Part shown: piece after piece, positions 12,964 to 25,706 of the stretch
Numbering within the stretch: position 1 is the stretch's first letter
Layout: every line of letters starts with the position of its first letter
Assembly (NCBI RefSeq): GCF_009914755.1
Contig: NC_060934.1
Length of the DNA stretch: 64,000 nucleotides
Source: the human T2T-CHM13v2.0 reference genome, Homo sapiens
Direction: 5' to 3' (one strand)
Program-made: the position numbers and the translations under genes
Notes under the pieces: model-generated
Databases searched by the model: none
The model's input: only the letters and a program-made list of their open reading frames with translations
What the model was told of the DNA's origin: nothing

Positions 12964-14003
12964 GTATTCTTCTAATATTACTTTTTTTTTTGCAAAACTT
13001 ATTTTTAATGAACATGGAGTTGTTTATCCTATAGGCAAAAGGAGGTATGGAAATTTGCTTAATATTTAAAAGAGTTTTAAAGCTCCCTCCTCAGGAAACT
13101 GGCTGTTTTCTTTTTGAATTTTGGAAACTTCTTAAATAATTTTTAAATGCCTTTGTTTGTACAAAAACCCATCATCTGTTTCAGTCTTTTTCCAAATATA
13201 TTGATGTCTAGTATGTTTTAATTATTATGGGTTCATTCTAGCTGTAACAGCAAGATCATTTTTTAAAAGAACTCTCCTATTCTAAGAATCCTCTTGTTTG
13301 GATTCATATTCAGAGAAATCTTATGTTTGGAACATTCAAATAATTTTTTATGTATATAGAAATAAATTATTACATATAGAGGAATCTCCATAATGATAGA
13401 TACTGACAAAGACTTGTCCAGGCAGCACCATGAAATGAGGAAAAATGAGCCAGGACTCAGAATACAGGGATTCTAGACTCGTGGACCTTCCAGAAACTGG
13501 CTGTGTGTTATGACACTAGCCAGGACTTTTGATTTTTTGTGTGTGATATAATAGTAAGGCTTCCTGAAATAAAATAAAATGATATTGGAGTTTTTTTTCT
13601 CTGGGGGGAAGGTATTATACAAATTATATCATTGTTATTATTTTCCTCTTTTATACATAAACACAATATTAGAACACTGTGTATCTTTTCAGTGCCACAA
13701 AATACAGTGTTAGCACAGCTGAAACCAGAATTATGATTTCTTGTCTTCACTCCAGGCTTTTCCTCAAGTCTCACAGTTAACCAGAACATTGAGATTCAGC
13801 CTGATTGAAAAGTCTAAACCATTGTAAACAGAACAAGATACCTATTTTATTCCCTACTTGAATTACATCAACTAGACACAAGTATTTGTATAGATTATCT
13901 TAACTATTTTGATACTTTGCATAATATGATTACACTTTTATTAGATAGATGGAGCTATACTGAGATTATTTAATAAATTTTTACTGAGTTCCAAAGAGGA
14001 TTG

Positions 14004-14478
14004 AAACTTGTACATGAATGTTCATAGCAGTGTTATTCATAATACCCAAAAAGTAGAAACAACCCAAATGTTTACCAACTGACAAATGTATAAACAACAT
14101 GTGGTATATCCATACGATGGATTATTATTTGTCAGTAAAAATGAATGAAGTTCTGGCACATGTTACAACAATAAGAAGTGCAAAAGCCAGACACAAAATG
14201 CCACACATTGCATGATTCCATTTATGTGAAATGTCCAGAATGGGCAAATCTATAGAAACATAAAGTAGATTAGTGTTTGTCACAGGCTGGAGGAAGGATG
14301 AATAGAAGTGATTGCTTAATGGATTCAAGGTTTCTTTTTGAGATGAATATTCCAAAACTATTCTGGAATTAAATAGTGGTGATGGTTGCACAACCTCATG
14401 AATGTACCAAGAACTGACATATACACTTTAAAGTTATAAATTTTATAGTATGTGTGTGAATTCTATCTCAATAAAAAG
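14004..14478 (+). mobile_element. Old L1M (L1MB/MC-type) 3' fragment
   Basis: GAATGTTCATAGCAG...AAACAACCCAAATGT...TATCTCAATAAA. Confidence 0.8.
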
Positions 14479-14916
14479 AGAATGTTAAAATATTATAGAG
14501 GGGCATTGCTAGGCATTGTTATATATCCTTAGAATAAGAGAAATGAACAGATAAAATCCTGTATTCTCATGGTACTTATAATCTGGGGAAGGGGAAACAG
14601 ACAAGATAAATAAATAAGGTAAGTATTTTAAATAGTATTTTAGATAGAGGTAAGTGCCAAGGAAAAATAAAAAAGCAGGAAATGGACAATATATGACAAA
14701 TGACATTATTTCTTAAACTCATAATTGTCTCCAAGACTTTAAAAACAAGAAAAACAATTTCATTTTTATAAATGACCTCCAGGTGGTGTAACCAGTGGCG
14801 TATGATATTTTGGAGGGCAGGAACTCTATGATATTCACGATTTGTGGCCTTTAGTTCATGGCATCTGTGGGTCTCACAAACATATGTGGAAGAGTAAAGT
14901 AAAGATTCCGTTTACC

Positions 14917-15033
14917 AGGGAGGCTGGAGCAGGAGGATGGCTTCAGCTCGGGAGTTTGAGGCTGCTGCGTGCTATGACCATGCCTGTGAATAGCTGCTGC
15001 TCTCCTGGCTGAGCAACATAGCAAGACCCTGTC
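14917..15033 (+). mobile_element. FAM/7SL-derived Alu monomer fragment
   Basis: Alu-monomer sequence retaining the 7SL-type GCCTGTGAATAGC segment that dimeric Alus lack. Confidence 0.7.
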
Positions 15034-15156
15034 TGTTTGTCTGTCTGTGTCTCTCTCTCTCTATCTATCTATCTATATATATAGATAGATAGATAGATCT
15101 AGGTATAGATATAGATACCTATATAGATATAGGTATAGATATAGATATAGATATAT
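15034..15156. repeat. Compound microsatellite (GTCT/CT/CTAT/TA/GATA) containing palindromes
   Basis: Read directly from the sequence. Confidence 0.9.
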
Positions 15157-15208
15157 GCAATGCGTTACAGTGAGCTAATGTCTACTGCTCATACTGAATT
15201 TGTTTCAG

Positions 15209-15355
15209 TTTTCACATTCAAGCAATAACCCACGAGATGATATTGCTACAGAAGCATATGAGGATGAGCTAGACATGGGCCGATCTGGATCCTACCTGAA
15301 CAGCAGTATCAATTCAGCCTGGAGTGAGCACAGCTTGGATCCAGAGGACATTCGG
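15209..15355 (+). CDS. GPR158: GPR158 coding exon (exon 10): FSHSSNNPRDDIATEAYEDELDMGRSGSYLNSSINSAWSEHSLDPEDIR
   Basis: Branch-point-like GCTAAT at 15174-15179, acceptor TGTTTCAG, donor CGG/GTAATG. 147 nt, phase 0/0. Confidence 0.95.
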
Positions 15356-15964
15356 GTAATGCCAGTACTCTATCTTTCTTCCTATTTCAGATTAGCCTTA
15401 TTTATACAGGCAGGCGTGTGTGGGTTGGGGTGCGTGTGTGCATGCATGTACACTCATGTTTGTGCATGTATGTCTCAGAAAGAGGGAATGTGTTTGGGTA
15501 TGAACTGAAGATGTCAAATGCAGAGTTAATCCAGTTCTAAAATATATGAACCATAGTATAAATTAGAATGCACAGGCCATTTCAACTTTTATAGTAACCT
15601 GGTCAACCTCAGTAGTCTTAACTGACTTACTGGTATTCATAGTGTTGAACTGATTAAACGTGTTCCATAATACATGTTTATAACATCTTGCTTAGGGAAA
15701 GGTAGGATAGATCTGTGGAGCAGAGAGGAGAGCCTGGATTATTTAAAATAATCTATGATGACATATCAGCATCTGAAGGAAGCAGATGTTTTTAGTAGTC
15801 AACGGACTATTACCCTCTAAGCCTAATCTAACATCACATGTAACTTTATCAATGGCTGCATGATTCTTCCAATACTACTCAGGGATATGGTTCACCTATA
15901 AACAATATGCTGTGTTTTGTTCTGGTCCAGGCTCAGTCTGGTCCTCACAACTTGAATGTACAAA

Positions 15965-16181
15965 GTGCTTGCTCCTTGATGCAAGGTTAGAATACATGAG
16001 TTCGTGTCTTAAAGTCCACACTTTATGTGAAACAAAACACAAAAGAATCAGAAAATACAAATCAGAAAAGTACAAATCAGAAGGTGCTTGCTCCTTGAAG
16101 CAAGGTTAGAATACGTGAGTTCATGTCTTAAGGTCCACACTTTATGTGAAACAAAACACAAAAGAATCAGAAAGTACAAAT
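15965..16181. repeat. Direct duplication of a ~98-bp unit (15965-16062 and 16084-16181)
   Basis: GTGCTTGCTCCTTGA...AGAATCAGAAARTACAAAT occurs twice with 5 substitutions. Confidence 0.95.
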
Positions 16182-16337
16182 GGTGAGAAAATCGACAAGT
16201 ACATATGTCAGAGAAAGCTGTAGAGCAGTTGCCCCAAATTAGAGCCCAAGTTTACTGAATTCCAATACCATGTAGTGATCTTCTATGACTGGAACACTAA
16301 ATTCTACACTTCTTTGAATTTGCTTTTGTTCTGGCAG

Positions 16338-17840
16338 GACGAGCTGAAAAAACTCTATGCCCAACTGGAAATATATAAAAGAAAGAAGATGATCACAAAC
16401 AACCCCCACCTCCAGAAAAAGCGGTGCTCGAAGAAGGGCCTAGGTCGTTCCATCATGAGACGCATTACGGAGATCCCAGAGACAGTCAGCCGGCAGTGCT
16501 CTAAAGAGGACAAGGAGGGCGCCGACCATGGCACAGCCAAAGGCACTGCCCTCATCAGGAAGAACCCCCCAGAGTCTTCAGGGAACACAGGGAAATCCAA
16601 GGAGGAGACCCTGAAAAACCGAGTCTTCTCACTCAAGAAATCCCACAGCACTTATGACCACGTGAGAGACCAAACGGAAGAGTCCAGTAGCCTACCCACA
16701 GAAAGCCAAGAGGAGGAGACAACAGAAAATTCCACACTGGAATCCCTGTCGGGTAAAAAACTAACACAAAAACTAAAAGAAGACAGCGAGGCTGAGTCCA
16801 CGGAGTCGGTGCCGTTGGTGTGCAAGTCAGCAAGCGCTCACAACCTCAGCTCAGAGAAGAAAACTGGGCACCCACGAACATCGATGTTACAGAAGTCTCT
16901 CAGTGTCATAGCAAGCGCCAAGGAGAAGACTCTTGGATTAGCTGGGAAAACCCAAACAGCAGGTGTGGAAGAACGCACTAAATCCCAGAAACCTTTGCCA
17001 AAAGATAAAGAGACAAACAGAAATCACTCAAATTCTGATAACACAGAGACTAAAGATCCTGCCCCCCAAAACTCAAATCCTGCGGAGGAGCCAAGAAAGC
17101 CTCAGAAATCTGGGATTATGAAACAACAAAGGGTCAACCCCACCACTGCCAATTCTGACCTGAACCCAGGCACCACCCAGATGAAGGACAACTTTGACAT
17201 TGGGGAGGTGTGTCCTTGGGAGGTTTATGACCTGACCCCTGGTCCTGTGCCTTCAGAATCAAAAGTTCAAAAGCACGTATCTATTGTGGCTTCTGAAATG
17301 GAGAAAAACCCCACTTTTTCCTTAAAGGAGAAATCTCACCACAAGCCTAAGGCAGCTGAGGTTTGTCAGCAATCCAATCAGAAGCGCATAGATAAGGCTG
17401 AAGTATGCCTTTGGGAGAGCCAAGGCCAGTCCATTTTGGAAGATGAGAAGCTTTTGATTTCCAAGACTCCAGTTCTCCCAGAGAGGGCAAAAGAGGAGAA
17501 CGGAGGTCAGCCTCGTGCAGCCAATGTGTGTGCTGGGCAGAGCGAAGAACTGCCCCCCAAAGCTGTAGCATCAAAAACAGAGAATGAAAATCTCAACCAA
17601 ATAGGACACCAGGAAAAAAAGACATCTTCTTCTGAGGAGAATGTGCGTGGCTCCTATAACTCAAGTAATAACTTCCAGCAACCTTTAACATCACGAGCAG
17701 AGGTTTGTCCTTGGGAGTTTGAGACCCCAGCTCAACCAAATGCTGGAAGAAGTGTAGCTTTACCTGCCTCTTCTGCTCTAAGTGCAAATAAGATAGCAGG
17801 GCCTAGGAAAGAAGAGGTCTGGGATAGTTTTAAAGTGTAG
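16338..17840 (+). CDS. GPR158: GPR158 terminal coding exon (exon 11), 500-aa cytoplasmic tail DELKKLYAQLEIYKRKK...WDSFKV*
   Basis: Acceptor TTTTGTTCTGGCAG, long ORF and TAG at 17838-17840. Signature motifs VCPWE (17208-17222), VCLWE (17403-17417) and VCPWE (17703-17717). Confidence 0.98.
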   Translation, partial: DELKKLYAQLEIYKRKKMITNNPHLQKKRCSKKGLGRSIMRRITEIPETVSRQCSKEDKEGADHGTAKGTALIRKNPPESSGNTGKSKEETLKNRVFSLKKSHSTYDHVRDQTEESSSLPTESQEEETTENSTLESLSGKKLTQKLKEDSEAESTESVPLVCKSASAHNLSSEKKTGHPRTSMLQKSLSVIASAKEKTLGLAGKTQTAGVEERTKSQKPLPKDKETNRNHSNSDNTETKDPAPQNSNPAEEPRKPQKSGIMKQQRVNPTTANSDLNPGTTQMKDNFDIGEVCPWEVYDLTPGPVPSESKVQKHVSIVASEMEKNPTFSLKEKSHHKPKAAEVCQQSNQKRIDKAEVCLWESQGQSILEDEKLLISKTPVLPERAKEENGGQPRAANVCAGQSEELPPKAVASKTENENLNQIGHQEKKTSSSEENVRGSYNSSNNFQQPLTSRAEVCPWEFETPAQPNAGRSVALPASSALSANKIAGPRKEEVWDSFKV

Positions 17841-20794
17841 CATCTCCAGGAAGAAGAGGAAAAGGAGGGAACCCCGGATTGGATATGAGACAGAAGATAT
17901 AAGAATCAAATATTCCCAAGGAGGATTTGTCAATCAAGGAAAACATGACAGATGGTGAGGTAAAGTCAAAGGCATGGGTAGAAGAGGACCAGGGGGGCAA
18001 GAGCAACAACGTCATAATGGAGAAGTCAGACTTTGGTCAAGAAAGTCCTTCCCTTGGTAACACTAGGAAAATCTTTCCATTTCAGCATGTTTAAGGAAAA
18101 TAGCCCACAATGTCTGCCCTGATCAATATGTATCCATGGGACTTTGAAGATCCTAAGCCAGGTAAACCAGGAGACACAGAAGACGTACCAGATTTGCAAA
18201 GAAAGAAAAGGTATAAGACATATATAACTGAAATTCTAAGTAGCTGACCGAGAAGAACTTACTTTACCTATTTAACCTTGATAGCACTGCTAACTTAATG
18301 CATCCCAAAAATATCTTTTATATTAATGATTGCTCTCATTTTCTTATAAATGTATGTTTCAGTATATCGTTGTGTCTCATATTCAAGCATTCCAGATTGT
18401 ATAATTTTTGCAAATAACTTTGGTATTATGTGACACAACACATTTATGCAATCTGCAGCTATTCAATTGTTATTGCACCTTACAGAATACCTGCTATCTA
18501 TCAACTTTAGTTGATTCTTGAAGTACAGTAAGCTTTCTCTGGCTTGGGAAGCCATAACTGTTACTATAAAAACTTTTAGTTTTGGCTGTGGTTTATATAT
18601 TGTGACTTTGAATTTGACTCTATTATTTCACATCATGGTTTGTTATACTGTCTTAATCAGGGTTTTTTATACAAGTTGAGTTACTTGTTTTGCACTTCTT
18701 GTTAGGACTCAGAAGCTTTATTAATATTGGAGATCAAGTGGTCCTACTTAGTCATATGTCTCAATAAGTTAAGGACAACTTATCCGTTGTTTATTCAAAG
18801 TCAGAGATAGATAACGCCTTCATTCCAATTAATTGTCCCTTTTAACTCTTTCAGTATTTCCTACTTAGCAGCATTTCCAAAGGAAGAAGCTAAGAGTGAG
18901 AAAAATATACCGTGCATTATTATTACTATTGGAAAGGGAAGACTCTAGGGATGACATAAGAATTATAGCAGTACTATAAACCCAGGAAGTTTGCCTTTCA
19001 AAAAAAAACACAGGTAGCTCCTGATAGCACTTTCAAGGGATTATTTTTTTAAAGAGAAAAATTATGGTAGCATCAAGATCATTGTATGGATATATTTTTA
19101 TTATGTGTACTGAAAATACAGTATTTTAAAATACCTTAAAGTATTTATTCTCATAAACTCTTATTCATTGCTTCAGCTACAGGTAGAACTTGCTGGGCTC
19201 AAATCCCAAAGAGGTTTTATAACCTTATTTATTCAAAACCTATAAGGTGGTATGGAATCTTCATTCTCCCAAGCACTGGAAAATGTCTAAGTCCTGCAAA
19301 TTGCCATTGTGAGCCACTTGCTCGACATGTAACATGTAAGGTCCATTTGCAAAGCAAAGCAGCCCCCAAAGCATATTTTATAAAGCTTATTGCATTCCAC
19401 ACTGATCTCTTGGCATGGGAATCCTAAGCTGCCGACTAAGCCCTACCGACATGATCATGCAGTGAGATTCCAAAGCTCAGTCTCATTTCATTTAAAGAAG
19501 AATCACTCAGAAATAGAACCGAGACTTCCCTTTTTCTCCCTGTAAACACCCAAGTATCAACTGCTTATTTGGCCAGGACACTCCCAGCACAAATAACTAT
19601 TTTTTATGTCACAAGCAGCAAGGAGGACATGCTAGGGTGATAAAAGATGGAGAAACAGGATCAGAGGGTGGATATAGGGCTGTTCTTAGAGAGTATTTTC
19701 AGTGGAAGGTAAAAACAGAATTCTCCATATTCATCATCAAATTTTTCTCAGTGATTTTTTTATTCAGGAGTAAGCAAGCACTTCACTGTTTCACAAAGCT
19801 GTGCGCAAATCTTCCTCACCCATTTGCTGACTTTATGCATTACTCAGGTTGGTGGGGTCGGTTTGAGAAGATATAGAAATTCTATTTTTGTGTCTTTACA
19901 CCATTTATTTCTTTTATCTCTTCCTTTTCAATGAAGGCCTATATGCTTGGTGACCTCCTTTAAGGAATCTTTGTGAATTGGGTTGGAAGTTCCTAGACCC
20001 ACATATTTGTTTCATTTATGTCTGAAATCTGTTAGCACTTGATTCCTTTCTTGAGAATTATGCAGTCAAGCATCAGTGACTTTCTATTGCACTTCAGGAT
20101 TGATCCTGCTAGAGATGTGAGTTAAAAAGACTTGCCAAATTATATCTTAGCGACATTCTATAGTTCATAGATTATTCTCCACCAGCATAAATCAGTGAGA
20201 GTGCCTAGAGTCTTTCTGAGAGTTTCATTGCCATTATCAACAAGAGAAGTTGAAATTTACAAGTCAGGAGGTTATTTTTCCAGATTGATAACCATAGAAA
20301 GTGAATAAACACTTTTAAGGTCGCAAACATTTGCTAGGTTGTCCTTCTCAATGCATGTGCAGGCTGCATCCTGTCCTTGTTTTTAAGCCAGGGTTTATAA
20401 ATAAGTAGATTTATACCAATCTTAATAGAATTGTATATTTTATGCAAGAATTAAATGCTTTACAACATGAAGTATAACTCAACCCATTGTAAACTTTGGT
20501 GGCAATATGGATTTGAAACTCGACAGTTCTCTTGTATTTGCTTCCTAGGTTTCTGCATGCAAGTTATGACAGGTAGGACTGAAAAAACACTGCCTTTTGA
20601 CTTCTAGCATTTAGCAACCGAGAGTCGTAGAGTCAATAAGCTGTAAGTGTCTTCACTTAATCTGTGGTTCTCCTAAAACTATTATCTGAAACCTACAGCA
20701 TCCCACCATGAAATATTTGGTAAATTTATGTTGTGACGTGTTGCAGCATGTAAATAATTATAACTTCTCTGCAATAAAACATATTTATATGAAA
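17841..20794 (+). other. GPR158: GPR158 3' UTR (~2.95 kb, AU-rich, no interspersed repeats recognised)
   Basis: Runs from the stop codon to a strong poly(A) signal context. 3' end approximate. Confidence 0.75.
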
Positions 20795-20820
20795 GTGATT
20801 TGTGGGGATTTGTGTGTTCA
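20773..20820 (+). terminator. GPR158: Polyadenylation signal AATAAA (20773-20778) with downstream GU-rich element
   Basis: TGTA at 20749, then AATAAA, then GTGATTTGTGGGGATTTGTGTGTT from 20795. Confidence 0.8.
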
Positions 20821-22752
20821 TCTATAGAAAACTGAATTTATTTTGTCCAACTTTAAAAGAAATTCCATATATTTGTTTGGCTCTGGTATCCTTGTGCACA
20901 TACATCCTCATATTGCCAGTCTATAGGAATATGTGATTAGCCAAATGTGGCCTCAAACACACAGGTAATCATTTGGAGGCAATCAAAACTATTTGTGGTT
21001 TTCATTTAAGAAGTCTCTTCCCAAATGGGAACTAACTCAGCTACCTTTTTTCTTTGCTTGTTTACTCCACACACAGTACCAGGAAATCTGCTAAGGAGTG
21101 ATGATACAAAGATAAACAACCCCTTCAGGAACACTCAGGCCCATGAGAGTATCCAGTCACTGGTATAACAATATGCAGATGAGCATAACTAAGGTCAGGG
21201 AAGTCTCACTAGAGAGTTCAGGGTCACCAGGCCGAAAATCTGCAAAGGCAACAAACAGGTATCAAAGGGAAACTGTTGTAAGGCTGGAGAAGTAACTGAG
21301 CACAGACTGCACGCCACGCTTCAGGTTAACTGCAGCTTCATCCTGGAGCACTGGAAGCTATTGGGAAGCTTTTAAAAGTGGCATAATGAAGTCAAAAATT
21401 AGATCATTTTGGAAGCAGCCCTGAAATGAACTGAAACGGGAAGGGACTAGAGGCAGCTAAAAACGATTAGTGTGAGAGGCATGATGAGAGGAGATGAGAG
21501 CCTAAAGAGGAGATGGAAAGATTCGTGTTTATTTCATCAAAATCACATCTCCAATTGGGTTTACTATTTTATTATAAGCATGTGAAATGGGAAAAATCAG
21601 GTTACTTTAGATAACTGTCAAATACAAATTTTTTTCTGAGTTTATTGACATTTTGGCTAATTTCAAAAGCCTCGAAAGCCCTTTCTGAAGACTGGTAGAC
21701 CTCATATCATCTGTTCACGAGAAAAGCTGATGAACAGGATCCCAGGTTCCTGCTATGGGAAAGCTTGGTACTAAACTGGGCTGGGAAAGATGGCGCTTGG
21801 GGCATGTGCAATGTGGACTGAAGTTTCTACCAGCTCAGAAGAGCTCTAGAAAGACAACCAGGCCTGAAAAGAGGGAAGGGGAGAGAGCTGGTCCCCCACC
21901 TTATCCCTGCACCCCTCTTTCTTTGGATGAAGCACAGCAACTACCTTTTCCCATCTGCTCATACCATTGCCACTTACAGAATTTTCAGTTATTGCTGGAC
22001 TTGCCTCGTTGACCTGTGTCTGGCTATATTATTTTTTCATATATATTGTTTCTTTGTTCTAAATTTAGAATCTTTCTGCTAAAAAAATACCTAAGGGAAA
22101 TCAGAAATAGGCTTTATCACATAAAAACTAATAATGAAAATCTGGTGTCCTAAAACAATGCAAGTTAGTTAAGATTTTCTTATATCAGCATATTCCATCT
22201 TTTCCCCCTGAATAGTTGTAAAGACAGCAATCAAGTCTTTCTAATTTGGGTTGTTTTCTCTTTAAACATTTTGATTCTTAGAAAGTACAAGGGCAAAGTT
22301 CAAGCATCTTGTGTGTTCTAATTCAGCGTTAACTGGCTAGAAGGCAGTTAATGAAATGTATGAATTGGTTTTTAATTTCCCTCTCTTTCCCTGTGATGTG
22401 AAAATTGCCAGAAATAAAACTGTCTGATCAAATGAACATGGAAAATAAGGGATAAATATAGGAAGAGGCCTGTGCTGCACAGCAGTCACATTCCTAGAAA
22501 GAAAAATAATTTAAATATGCAAATAGAAAGTCCATGCCAGTTCTTGTAGAACATACTCCCATTTCAGTTCCATCAGCAATAGAAAAGAAAAAAATGCCCT
22601 CAGTTGTGCACACAAGAGAAAGATTCATGCAGTTTTTTCTCCAGATACACCAAGAGGTTTGATTCTTCCATGCCTTTTGTGTTTGCTTGTTGGTCCAACT
22701 CAAATTTCCTCCCCTTCTTCTCCCTGCCAACATGTAATATACACTTTAATGC

Positions 22753-23184
<432 letters not shown>

Positions 23185-24718
23185 CTAATTCAAGGAGCAG
23201 CACAAAGGCCCCTGTTACCTCCGTGAAACATTTCCTAATTCCTCAAGTCAGAATGAATTCCTTCTTCTTAGCTCCCCTTAGGAATTTACTTAAGTCTCTT
23301 ACTGCACTGAGTTACAATTTAGTTACATGCTCCACTGAGTCATCTACTAAATTAGGAGCTCTATTCACGCATAGATCCCCAATCTCAAGCAGTGTGCTTT
23401 GCCCCGAGTTCAATAAATATTTGCCCAACTGGAATTTTTGATTACTAATCACTGCTTAAAATACACCTGAAGAGAAAGAAATTCAGAAGTTGGTGAGAAC
23501 TTGCTGCAGCATTTCTAAAATGTTGTTTAACTGGACTTCCACGTAAATTCTGGCAGTTCCTGGAAAACCCACAGAGTATGATTGAATCATGTTAATTCTA
23601 ACTCTCCAGCTTTGTAACGTTAAGTATTGATTTGCCACCATAAGGAAAGAGAAGCCTAAGGTTGCGGCCATGGCCCGGTTTGTTAGAGCTATAAAAGAGA
23701 TTTCCATATGTCATAAAAAGTAAGAAATATTGCATTAGGCTGTAGGAACTTGAACTTGCTTTTAGTTATTTGAACTCCTTCTGAAAAATAAAGCATGGCT
23801 GAGTCTATATAAAACATCCACATAAAAACAGATTCTGATGCTCGGCTTTCAGATGCTTCTGAGAAGTGAGATACTGAGTTTGAACAAACTATTTGGACAT
23901 TTGGTTGACTTGAGAATTTCTTATCCATATGTTTCATGTTATATAGAAGTAGTCATAATATGCTTGCATATAACCCTAAGTGTTTTGTGAACAGAAATAT
24001 ATATGTTACATGTAAATACATACACACATATCACTTGTTGGAAATTGGGAAAATATATAAAAAGCATCTAAATTTGCCACATAGTACAGATATTAAAAGA
24101 TCATGAAAAATATTTTTTCTTTTTACATCTCAAAGACTAATAGCAATATGCACATATGGTGAATAATTTACAAATTCGTCCACCTGCCTTTCATATTACA
24201 TGCTGCTTATAATAAGTTGAGGAACTTTGATTTATTATTGTAGTCCTTAGACAAAATTTGATGATGGAACCATGTAAATAAATAGGGATTAAACCAGAGT
24301 CAAGAGGCAGCCAATAGGGGGTCCACTTTCTGACACATGAGAAAACTGGATATAAAGTTGTTTAAGAGCACCCAGGCACAAACTCAGTTTCGAGACCACT
24401 TGAATGAAAGGGTCCGCAGGTTGACTGCCCTGTAAACATTTGCTGGACCATGGGAAAGCTAGAAAGGCTATCATTCAAATATATAATAGACACTCATCCT
24501 CTTTACAGCAGCCTGTAAAGAAGGAGAGGAGTCATCTATTTTCTCAACTCTGATGGTATCCTACCTGTGCGGTCACCTGCCTCCATACACCTCCTCCTCC
24601 AGTGGTGAGGGTCACAGAAGGCATGGAAAAGCCAAGGCAAAGCATACCTCTCCTCTTGCTTTGTGTACCCACTTACTTTCATTAAATTTCTATGTCTTTG
24701 ACTAAGTTTAAAAACATG

Positions 24719-25009
<291 letters not shown>

Positions 25010-25167
25010 TATATATATATGTGTAATAGAAAGCATGAATTAAAAACACATTGAAACAAAAATCCTAAAACACATTTTAAAAAACCATGTGTAAGTTGGG
25101 AGATATTTGATAGATATTTTATAACACGCACAAATAGTGGTAAATACCGCTGATAAAGAACAGTAGG

Positions 25168-25474
<307 letters not shown>

Positions 25475-25649
25475 AACAGGATGGAAAAAAAATCAGGAGT
25501 ACAAGAACTTGTTTTAAAACTTGGTTCCACTACCAGATATGTCTGGTTTGGAAAAGTCTCTTCAATTTTCTGTATTTACATTTCTTCGCCTGAACAAAGG
25601 AAGTTTTGAATGAGATGACATCTCAGGACCTTTCTCATCCTATGACTAA

Positions 25650-25652
<3 letters not shown>

Positions 25653-25685
<33 letters not shown>

Positions 25686-25706
25686 ATGTACACGCACATG
25701 CACACG
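25653..25706. repeat. (TG)15 followed by an alternating purine-pyrimidine tract
   Basis: Read directly from the sequence. Confidence 0.95.

Noticed and set aside
15356-15508. Exon 10 frame continuing ~50 codons into intron 10 (possible tail-less isoform)
   Set aside because: Good GT donor, low-complexity TG/CA-derived peptide, and no nearby poly(A) signal noticed.
16275-16337. N-terminal extension of the 521-aa ORF
   Set aside because: It is intronic branch/polypyrimidine sequence upstream of the AG acceptor, with a GTG start.
16355-18015. Antisense ORFs over the terminal exon
   Set aside because: Shadow ORFs of a real coding strand, with no independent support.
23690-23697. TATAAAAG TATA-like box
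   Set aside because: Isolated motif in AT-rich DNA with no other promoter evidence.
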